A stretch of 33,300 bases of DNA from Firmicutes bacterium UBA2595 (GCA_002339745.1 DDKP01000154.1:4329-37628), one strand, 5' to 3'; positions 9,912-16,578 are shown, numbered from the stretch's first letter. The notes: generated by a model not told the origin, from the letters alone. Program-made: numbers and translations.

Positions 9912-10529
9912 ATGTCTCTGTATGAGAAAATTTCAGAATTTCAGCTGGATGCGTTTAGAGAAATCGGCACTATCGGAGCCGGTAACGGCGCTACAGCTCT
10001 TTCACAGATGATCAATAAAAAGGTCGGCATGTCCGTGCCGGCAATCAGGATACTTCCGTTTTCACAGGTGCCTGATGTGGTCGGCGGCCCCGAAAGGGTT
10101 GTTGCCGGTGTGTTTACCACAGTGAAGGGACCCGCACCTTGTAATATGCTTTTCATGTTCCCCATAGAAAGCGCGAAAATCCTTGCTGGCAAACTGATGG
10201 GTCGAAAATATAAAGACGACGAAGAAATCGACTACTACGGGAACTCTGCCCTGACCGAAGTTGTCAACATCGTAGCCGGAGCATACCTTAATTCTCTAGC
10301 CAGTTTTACCAATCTCTCTTTTGTTCCCTCAGTCCCGGCATTAGCCATTGACATGGCCGGGGCCATTTTGAATTCAGTTCTGGCCCAGATAGGGATTGCA
10401 GGCGACCAGGCGCTCCTGATGGAGACGGTTTTTACTGAATTCGAGGAAAATGTCACCGGACACTTTTTCCTCTTACCTGAAGCGGGGTCCCTCGAAAAAA
10501 TACTGGAGGCTATAGGGGTGAAAGGCTAG
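9912..10529 (+). CDS. cheC: CheY-P phosphatase CheC
   Basis: It has the two-fold pseudo-symmetric CheC architecture. The second active site SALTEVVN is intact (SxxxExxN). The first site reads DAFREIGT, with Thr where Asn is expected. It is followed by cheD, as in class I CheC/CheD pairs. Confidence 0.9.
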   Translation: MSLYEKISEFQLDAFREIGTIGAGNGATALSQMINKKVGMSVPAIRILPFSQVPDVVGGPERVVAGVFTTVKGPAPCNMLFMFPIESAKILAGKLMGRKYKDDEEIDYYGNSALTEVVNIVAGAYLNSLASFTNLSFVPSVPALAIDMAGAILNSVLAQIGIAGDQALLMETVFTEFEENVTGHFFLLPEAGSLEKILEAIGVKG

Positions 10530-11011
10530 TGGCAAGAATAATCAAGGTAGGAATGGCAGATTTGAATGTTGCAGAGCCTCCCGATGTTTTACAGACCTGC
10601 GGGCTTGGTTCCTGTGTGGGAATATGCCTGTGGGATCCGGTCACCAAAGTCAGCGGAATGGCCCATATCATGCTCCCTTCCAGTCTGCTGGGCAAATCCG
10701 GTAATGACGCAAAGTTTGCTGATACGGCAATACCGCTGCTTATACAGGAAATGTCCAGAATCGGAGGGGAGAAGTCCCGTTTGGTTGCCAAGATCGCCGG
10801 AGGTGCACAGATGTTTTCATTTTACAGCGCAAATGACATTATGAAGATCGGTGAAAGGAACGTTGAGGCTGTAAAAGCAGTTCTAGAGAAGGTCAAAATC
10901 AGGTTGGCCGCCGAAGATGTCGGCGGTAATTACGGCAGAACAATCGAATTTTATGCTGAAAACGGCCAGCTTTATGTCAGGACCATTAATTTGGGTGAGA
11001 AGTATATTTAA
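10529..11011 (+). CDS. cheD: Chemoreceptor glutamine deamidase CheD
   Basis: The GTG start overlaps the cheC stop (TAGTG). Conserved segments are CGLGSCVGICLWD, GMAHIMLP and KIAGGAQMF. Confidence 0.93.
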   Translation: MARIIKVGMADLNVAEPPDVLQTCGLGSCVGICLWDPVTKVSGMAHIMLPSSLLGKSGNDAKFADTAIPLLIQEMSRIGGEKSRLVAKIAGGAQMFSFYSANDIMKIGERNVEAVKAVLEKVKIRLAAEDVGGNYGRTIEFYAENGQLYVRTINLGEKYI

Positions 11012-11023
11012 GGAGGACCACAG

Positions 11024-11476
11024 GTGACTGTCGGCAACAAAATATACCCGGTAATATTCGCTGTAGTTTTCGTTCTGATTTTGATAATTGGTGTTTTTTC
11101 AAAAGTTTCATTCATTGCCAGTATAAACAGAGCGGTTTTGGCGGCGGTATTTTTCACTGCGCTCTGTTGGATAGCGGGAAAAACAGTTTTCAAGTATGCA
11201 GTGTCAGGCTTATCGGACGTGAAGAGTCAAAAATATTCGGAGAAACAACAGGAGAGTAATTTTAGCGTAACAGTTGGGAACCCGGCTAGTTCCTCACCTG
11301 AGGATTATTCCCGGACAAGCCTGGGTCAGACTGTTTCCAGTCTCGATAAAGCAGAAAGAAATAACTCTTCCCAAGAGTTTGTTCCTCTTTCGGCAAGGCA
11401 GATTGATCCCGATGCAAGCAAAGTTATCGGCAGTAACCCCGAAAGGATGGCGGAAAATGTCAGGAAGATGGGTTAA
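11024..11476 (+). CDS. Hypothetical small membrane protein (2 predicted TM helices plus a Ser-rich, probably disordered tail)
   Basis: GTG start lies 7 nt after AGGAGG (11011-11016). Hydrophobic segments are IYPVIFAVVFVLILIIGVF and AVLAAVFFTALCWIAG. I recognise no family. It sits between cheD and fliA. Confidence 0.6.
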   Translation: MTVGNKIYPVIFAVVFVLILIIGVFSKVSFIASINRAVLAAVFFTALCWIAGKTVFKYAVSGLSDVKSQKYSEKQQESNFSVTVGNPASSSPEDYSRTSLGQTVSSLDKAERNNSSQEFVPLSARQIDPDASKVIGSNPERMAENVRKMG

Positions 11477-11504
11477 ACGGTAGTTCTTAGATGAGGAGGT
11501 CCTC

Positions 11505-12296
11505 ATGATTTCTTCTGTGGTGAAAAATGACTGCTCGGTAATATGGGAGAGATATAAACATCATAGAGACCCCAAGGCAAGAGAACAATTAATCCTTGAA
11601 TATGCCGGGCTGGTTAAATATGTCGCCGGCAGAATGGCTATTTCTCTTCCTTCCAGTGTTCACCAGGACGACTTGATCAGCTACGGAATATTCGGATTAA
11701 TAGATGCTATCGAAAAATTCGACATGGACAGGAACATCAAGTTTGAGACTTATGCCGTTGCCAGAATCCGGGGGGCTATTTGGGACGGGTTGCGCTCGAT
11801 GGATTGGGTTCCATACTCGGTTCGCCACAAAGCCAAGGAATTGGAACAGACTTATGCCAGATTGGAACACCAATTAGGCAGGGCCGCCACCGATGATGAA
11901 ATATGTGAGGCCATGAACCTGACCAGGCAGCAGTTTGCCCAACTGCTCACGGAGACAAGCTATTTATCATTTCTTTCCCTGGACGATTTGTGGACTTTGG
12001 ATAAAAATGGAGGAAACTCCGTTCGTGTTATAGATACCATTCAGGACCAGAGCGCTCCTGATCCAGTTACAATGGTTATGTTTGAAGAACAGAAAAAAAT
12101 CTTAACGGATGCAATAAATAAGCTGCCGGAAAGGGAAAAACTAGTTATTGCGCTTTATTACTATGAAGGATTGACCCTGAAAGAAATTGGTAAAGTGCTG
12201 GGCGTATCTGAATCAAGAGTATCCCAGATGCATACCAAGGCAATCATGAGATTAAGAGGACGGTTGAGCAGGATTAAGAAAAAAGTCTTGGAGTAA
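11505..12296 (+). CDS. fliA: Flagellar sigma-28 factor FliA/SigD
   Basis: GAGGAGG RBS is present. Region 2 reads YGIFGLIDAIEKFD. Regions 3 and 4 read LPEREKLVIALYYYEGLTLKEIGKVLGVSESRVSQMHTKAIMRLR. The length of 263 aa is typical of the FliA/WhiG group. Confidence 0.93.
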   Translation: MISSVVKNDCSVIWERYKHHRDPKAREQLILEYAGLVKYVAGRMAISLPSSVHQDDLISYGIFGLIDAIEKFDMDRNIKFETYAVARIRGAIWDGLRSMDWVPYSVRHKAKELEQTYARLEHQLGRAATDDEICEAMNLTRQQFAQLLTETSYLSFLSLDDLWTLDKNGGNSVRVIDTIQDQSAPDPVTMVMFEEQKKILTDAINKLPEREKLVIALYYYEGLTLKEIGKVLGVSESRVSQMHTKAIMRLRGRLSRIKKKVLE

Positions 12297-12307
12297 GAAA
12301 GAAGGGG

Positions 12308-13996
12308 GTGGGTGTTTTGACGGATGAATATCATAGAGATTTAAGTCACAGCGAAATCGAGCGGATTGTGGAGAAAGCGGAAGAGATTGCAGCAAAAGGT
12401 CGCCAGGACGGGATAAGAATTGTGGAATATAAAGATGACGGGGTATATTTAACCGTCCTGCCACCCCAGAACGGCGGCCGCCCTTTGAACCCCGAAGAAG
12501 TGGTCAGAGATATAGAAGCCCGCAAAATACATAGTGTTGATACCGCCAAAGTCCGTCAGGTTGTCCGGGAGATGAAGGGAGAGCCCGCAATTATTGCGCC
12601 CCCTCAGAAAGAAATAATTGAAGATGCAGTGGTCAATGTGGAATTAAGCAAGGACAAAATGGAAGCGTATCTCACCATATATCCTCCCAGGGGAGGGAAG
12701 CCTGCCACCAGGAAGGATGTCGAAGAAGCCATCAAGGAAAAGAATGTTGTCTATGGGGTGGCGGATGAAGTTATTGATAAGGCCGTAGCCTTACAGCATA
12801 TCAGTGAGCCTCTTGTGGTGGCCAGAGGGAGTCAACCTGTTCACGGCGAGAATGCCAGGATCGATTTCAAGTTTAACAAGGAAGGGATAGCAGGGAAACC
12901 AACGGAACTTGTCGACGGCAGGGTGGACTTCTACAGTCTTAACTTGATAAACAACGTTGAGCCCGGTGATATCCTGGCTGTAAAAATCCCAGCGACAATG
13001 GGTACTCCCGGTTATCTGGTAACCGGTGAAGAAGTACCGCCCAAACCGGGGAAAGATGTCCAGATAGGAATCGGCAAAAACGTGGAGCTTATCGACAATG
13101 GAACTACCGCTCTGTCCACTGCCAGGGGGCATGTAGTCTACTCCGCGGGAAAAATTAGCGTCTCTACCGTTTATGAAGTGGCCGGAGACGTGGATTTCAA
13201 TACCGGTAACATTGAATTCAAAGGCAGCGTAATAGTCAAGGGCAGTATCAGGGAAGGCTTCAAGGTTATCGCCGATGGGGACGTGGAAGTATTGAACACT
13301 ATCGCCGACGGGGTAGTTGAATGTTCGGGAAATCTAAAGGTGAGAAACGGAATAGTGGGCAAGAAAAGCAACATTAAAGCAGGAGGCAGCGTTTTCACCA
13401 GGTTTATTGAAAATTCAAAGGTGGAATCAGGCGGGGATGTGGTGGTAGGCGAAGCTATCATGCACAGTAGGGTTAGCGCCAGGAGATCCGTCACCGTTGG
13501 CGGCAAAGGCGTTATTGTTGGTGGACTGGTGAGGGCAGGAGAGGAAATCAGCTGCAGAATAGCCGGCTCACCGCTGGCGACTGTAACAGAACTGGAGGCC
13601 GGTATAAACCCGGAAGTCCGTAAGGAACACACTCGGCTTTTAAGAGAGAAACAGGAAAAAGAAATGGATTTCGACAAGGCAGATAAAGCCATAAAACTTT
13701 TAACCCACCTACAGCGGGCTCAAGGTGAACTGCCGGCTGATAAAATGGCTATTCTTGTGCGGGTATCAAGGGCACAAAATCAGCTGGTAACTGAACTGGA
13801 AGAAATAAAACAGCAGCTGGAAAACGTTGAATACCAGATCCAGCAATCGGAACGAGGCCACATAAAGGTTCAGGGAATTATGCACCCCGGAGTAAAGGTT
13901 ACCATTGGTTCTGCATATTTACATATACAGGATCAATGCACCTTTGTGAGCCTGACAAAATCAGGGGAAGATATAAAAATTTCTCCATACAGCTAA
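12308..13996 (+). CDS. DUF342/FapA-like (flagellar assembly protein A family) protein
   Basis: About 560 aa. The central region is Gly/Val-rich and periodic, beta-helix-like (GNIEFKGSVIVKGSIREGFKVIADGDVEVLNTIADGVVECSGNLKV...). The C-terminus is a coiled coil. The family assignment is from memory of DUF342 architecture. The start is ambiguous (GTG 12308 or TTG 12317). Confidence 0.75.
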   Translation: MGVLTDEYHRDLSHSEIERIVEKAEEIAAKGRQDGIRIVEYKDDGVYLTVLPPQNGGRPLNPEEVVRDIEARKIHSVDTAKVRQVVREMKGEPAIIAPPQKEIIEDAVVNVELSKDKMEAYLTIYPPRGGKPATRKDVEEAIKEKNVVYGVADEVIDKAVALQHISEPLVVARGSQPVHGENARIDFKFNKEGIAGKPTELVDGRVDFYSLNLINNVEPGDILAVKIPATMGTPGYLVTGEEVPPKPGKDVQIGIGKNVELIDNGTTALSTARGHVVYSAGKISVSTVYEVAGDVDFNTGNIEFKGSVIVKGSIREGFKVIADGDVEVLNTIADGVVECSGNLKVRNGIVGKKSNIKAGGSVFTRFIENSKVESGGDVVVGEAIMHSRVSARRSVTVGGKGVIVGGLVRAGEEISCRIAGSPLATVTELEAGINPEVRKEHTRLLREKQEKEMDFDKADKAIKLLTHLQRAQGELPADKMAILVRVSRAQNQLVTELEEIKQQLENVEYQIQQSERGHIKVQGIMHPGVKVTIGSAYLHIQDQCTFVSLTKSGEDIKISPYS

Positions 13997-14014
13997 TGAC
14001 AGGTGGTGAAAAGA

Positions 14015-14335
14015 ATGACTCTGCGTTCTGTTGATATGCAGGTATTGCTTCCCAAGGTCTCGGAAGTTAACCGCAATCATCCGATTCAAAACCAGCAGGA
14101 CCAGACGCAACAGCAGCAGTTTGCTGCCCAACTGCAAAAACAGGCCGAATTACAAAGACAGCAGGTACAAAATTCCAATAAATCAGAAAACAGCAAAATT
14201 GAAAAACAGGCAAAAGAAAAAGACGGTGCGGGAGGTCAAGGGAGGAGGTCCCGGCAGGGAAAAAACGAAGAAGAGCAGCATTCCGGCAGCGCCAAGGACC
14301 CCAGCAGGGGAGGCCTGCTGGATATAAAAATATAA
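14015..14335 (+). CDS. Hypothetical small Gln/Lys-rich protein (about 106 aa)
   Basis: ATG 14015 is preceded by GGTGGTGA. The GTG at 14003 lies inside that RBS. The sequence is low complexity, with a QQDQTQQQQFAAQLQKQAELQRQQ stretch and the C-terminal end DPSRGGLLDIKI. The stop lies just before the RBS of the next ORF. Coding status is less certain because of the low complexity. Confidence 0.5.
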   Translation: MTLRSVDMQVLLPKVSEVNRNHPIQNQQDQTQQQQFAAQLQKQAELQRQQVQNSNKSENSKIEKQAKEKDGAGGQGRRSRQGKNEEEQHSGSAKDPSRGGLLDIKI

Positions 14336-14346
14336 GGGATTAGAGG

Positions 14347-15024
14347 GTGTTAGAATTGGTTGAAGTACTGATGTTGACAGGAGTAGTTTTTGTGGGCCTG
14401 GCCTTATGGCTGGGTAAAATTCATTCACACTTGCAGAAGAAAGAACTTCAGGAACTTAAAAATATACGCAGTGAACTGTTAGAGGCGAAAAAAGAAGTCG
14501 ATTCCCTTATTGATCAACTGGAAACAGTCTCAGCTAAAGTTGTGGATGAAATATCCACGACCATTGAGGAAGCAAAACTGGTGGAAAACAAGCTCAGCCA
14601 AAAGAGCGTTCAAGCAGTTCAAACCGGTTCTGGCGGTACCAGCCCTGACAGTGAAGATGCGGAAGATTACGAGCAATACAGCAAAGGAATTTCGTCCCGG
14701 CCAGGGCTGAATAAAACCCTGACTGCCGGAAACGACTTGGCGGTATCGATTGTAACGGCGAATCACAAACCAGTCCAAAAGGAACCGGCCTACGGTAATA
14801 CCATTATTTTCCCGAGAAAGAGCGAGGGGCAGATGAAAAAGAAAGAGGGGGCTGTTGACCTGGACCAACTGTTGAAAGAACTCCCGCCTAAACATCAGAT
14901 AGTCTATGCCATGGATAAGCTCGGGTATTCCGAAGAGGAAATCGCTAAACAAATGAAGATCGGCAAGGGTGAGGTCAGGTTGATGCTACAGCTTAAACGC
15001 AAGGGTGAAGAAGCCAATGTATAA
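14347..15024 (+). CDS. Hypothetical membrane-anchored coiled-coil protein with a C-terminal HTH-like (sigma region-4-like) segment
   Basis: The N-terminal TM is LTGVVFVGLALWLGKI. A heptad-like segment follows (KELQELKNIRSELLEAKKEVDSLIDQLETVSAKV), then an acidic low-complexity linker. The C-terminal segment is HQIVYAMDKLGYSEEEIAKQMKIGKGEVRLMLQLKRK. The start is uncertain (GTG 14347, TTG 14356 or ATG 14371). Confidence 0.6.
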   Translation: MLELVEVLMLTGVVFVGLALWLGKIHSHLQKKELQELKNIRSELLEAKKEVDSLIDQLETVSAKVVDEISTTIEEAKLVENKLSQKSVQAVQTGSGGTSPDSEDAEDYEQYSKGISSRPGLNKTLTAGNDLAVSIVTANHKPVQKEPAYGNTIIFPRKSEGQMKKKEGAVDLDQLLKELPPKHQIVYAMDKLGYSEEEIAKQMKIGKGEVRLMLQLKRKGEEANV

Positions 15025-15520
15025 TTTTTTACAAAGAGACTTTTTGCTTGGGGTCGGCGTCGGTTTCATTATAAGCGCGATAATGGTCTCGGTGTTTGGG
15101 AGGGTTGAATTGACCGATCAGGACATAAAGGCCGGGGCAGCTAAACTCGGAATGGTCCAGAAAGAACAATCTTTAGAAGACAAGCGCCCGACAGATGCTG
15201 AGGACGTTACAACCGCGGCAGAGAAGGTATACAAACAGTCGTATCAAATCAGTTCCGGGCAGCCGGCTGCCTCTGCCGACACTACCGAGACTCCAGGGAC
15301 TGTTAAACCTGTTAGTGTCCAGGTAGTTATCAGGCCCGGTATGGGGTCAGAGCAGATTGCTAAAATGCTGGAGGAAAAGGGTGTTGTCAAAGACCAGCGC
15401 GAATTCTACCAAGTCGTGACAGAAATGAAAGCCCACACCAGGTTCAGGACAGGAACTTTCACTGTACCATCAGGTGGGGACATGAGAGAGATAGTGCGAA
15501 TTCTGACAAATAATCCTTAA
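15017..15520 (+). CDS. Hypothetical membrane protein with a C-terminal YceG/MltG N-terminal-like (LysM-like) domain and no catalytic domain
   Basis: ATG 15017 overlaps the upstream stop by 8 nt (ATGTATAA). The TM is LLGVGVGFIISAIMVSVF, followed by a Thr/Ala-rich linker. The C-terminal IRPGMGSEQIAKMLEEKGVVKDQREFYQVV...FRTGTFTVPSGGDMREIVRIL resembles the small N-terminal domain of MltG/YceG. Confidence 0.6.
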   Translation: MYNFLQRDFLLGVGVGFIISAIMVSVFGRVELTDQDIKAGAAKLGMVQKEQSLEDKRPTDAEDVTTAAEKVYKQSYQISSGQPAASADTTETPGTVKPVSVQVVIRPGMGSEQIAKMLEEKGVVKDQREFYQVVTEMKAHTRFRTGTFTVPSGGDMREIVRILTNNP

Positions 15521-15650
15521 AAAATTTATCTTTGACTTCTGGAACAGTCCCATTCTCTTGTTTAAGTTTATGATGGGTTCCGGTCGCTGGGCGCTGATAT
15601 AGCAGTCCAGTCAGAACGCATAAATTTGTACAGACTTTCCAATAATATAG

Positions 15651-15679
15651 TTGCGTTAGCCCATATTTTGTGCTACAAT
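15651..15679 (+). promoter_or_regulatory. Candidate sigma-A promoter of rpsB-tsf
   Basis: -35 is TTGCGT (15651-15656). The spacer is exactly 17 nt. -10 is TACAAT (15674-15679) with an extended -10 TG at 15671-15672. The upstream flank is AT-rich (AATAATATAG). Confidence 0.55.
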
Positions 15680-15685
15680 AGCAAC

Positions 15686-15799
15686 TGGTGTTAAATACAC
15701 ACGTTTCGGGATTTTTAGTGGCGGTGCCGCTCTAAGGCGGTTCCACAGAGAGATGAACGAAACGGAGGATCAAAACCAATGAGAGAGGAGGTGACTCCG
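15686..15799 (+). promoter_or_regulatory. Structured rpsB 5' leader, candidate ribosomal-protein autoregulatory element
   Basis: The outer helix is CGTTTCG (15702-15708) with CGAAACG (15758-15764). The inner helix is GTGG (15718-15721) with CCAC (15743-15746). It encloses GCGGTGCCGCTCTAAGGCGG, where the central CCGC can pair with either flanking GCGG. The SD GGAG (15787-15790) can pair with CTCC (15795-15798). Confidence 0.4.
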
Positions 15800-16510
15800 A
15801 TGGCTGTCATATCCATGAAACAACTGTTGGAAGCCGGAGTTCACTTTGGTCACCAGACCCGCAGGTGGAACCCGAAAATGGCGCAGTATATCTTTACTGA
15901 CCGCAACGGGATTTATATCATTGACCTTCAGAAAACGGTAAAAAAGGTTGACGAGGCCTATTTTTTTGTAAGAGACCTGGTATCTGAAGGTAAATCCATT
16001 CTGTTTGTGGGAACTAAAAAGCAGGCTCAGGAAGCCGTCCGAGAAGAGGCTGAACGTTGCGGTATGTTCTATGTCAACCAGCGGTGGCTAGGGGGAACGT
16101 TGACCAATTTCCAGACCATAAGAAAGCGTATTGACCGTCTCCATGAGCTGGAGAAAATGGAAACCGACGGCACTTTTCAAGTTCTTCCCAAAAAAGAGGT
16201 CGCTGGTCTGCTCCATGAAAAGGAGAAGCTGGAGAAGTTTCTTGGTGGAATCAAGGAAATGAGAACTCTTCCCGGGGCATTATTCATTATTGACCCGAGA
16301 AAAGAAAGGATAGCTGTCGCCGAGGCCCGCAAACTGGGAATTCCTATCGTGGCAATCGTTGATACAAACTGTGATCCTGACGAAGTCGATTACGTTATCC
16401 CGGGTAATGATGACGCCATCAGAGCGGTTAAACTGCTGACAGCAAAAATTGCTGATGCCGTTCTGGAAGGTAAACAGGGCCAGGATACTGCTGAGGCAGA
16501 TGTGGAATAA
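15800..16510 (+). CDS. rpsB: 30S ribosomal protein S2
   Basis: ATG 15800 lies 6 nt after GGAGGTG. The N-terminus [27 protein letters not shown] is the canonical S2 start. The ORF-track start at 15779 adds 7 residues not seen in typical S2. Confidence 0.97.
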   Translation: MAVISMKQLLEAGVHFGHQTRRWNPKMAQYIFTDRNGIYIIDLQKTVKKVDEAYFFVRDLVSEGKSILFVGTKKQAQEAVREEAERCGMFYVNQRWLGGTLTNFQTIRKRIDRLHELEKMETDGTFQVLPKKEVAGLLHEKEKLEKFLGGIKEMRTLPGALFIIDPRKERIAVAEARKLGIPIVAIVDTNCDPDEVDYVIPGNDDAIRAVKLLTAKIADAVLEGKQGQDTAEADVE

Positions 16511-16518
16511 AAAGAAGT

Positions 16519-16562
16519 GGGGTGACCGGGGGTTTTTGGAGCCCTACAGTCACCCTGTTTTT
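16519..16562 (+). terminator. Possible partial terminator or attenuator hairpin between rpsB and tsf
   Basis: GGGTGAC (16520-16526) pairs with GTCACCC (16549-16555) around a 22-nt loop. TGTTTTT follows at 16556-16562. The loop is large, so this is weak. Confidence 0.3.
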
Positions 16563-16578
16563 CCAAGGAGGATAAATA

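Noticed and set aside
10566-10844. 92-aa plus-strand ORF in a different frame inside cheD
   Set aside because: The cheD frame carries all conserved CheD motifs. The overlapping frame has no RBS and no recognisable features.
13171-13692. 173-aa minus-strand ORF inside the DUF342 gene
   Set aside because: The Ser/Thr/Pro/Leu-rich shadow is produced by the Gly/Val-rich periodic region on the plus strand. It has no start context.
14031-14327. Alternative 98-aa frame overlapping the Gln-rich small ORF
   Set aside because: Its ATG has no RBS, and its product is extremely basic and low complexity. The 14015 frame has a good RBS, and its stop is positioned just before the next gene's RBS. The ambiguity is noted in the findings.
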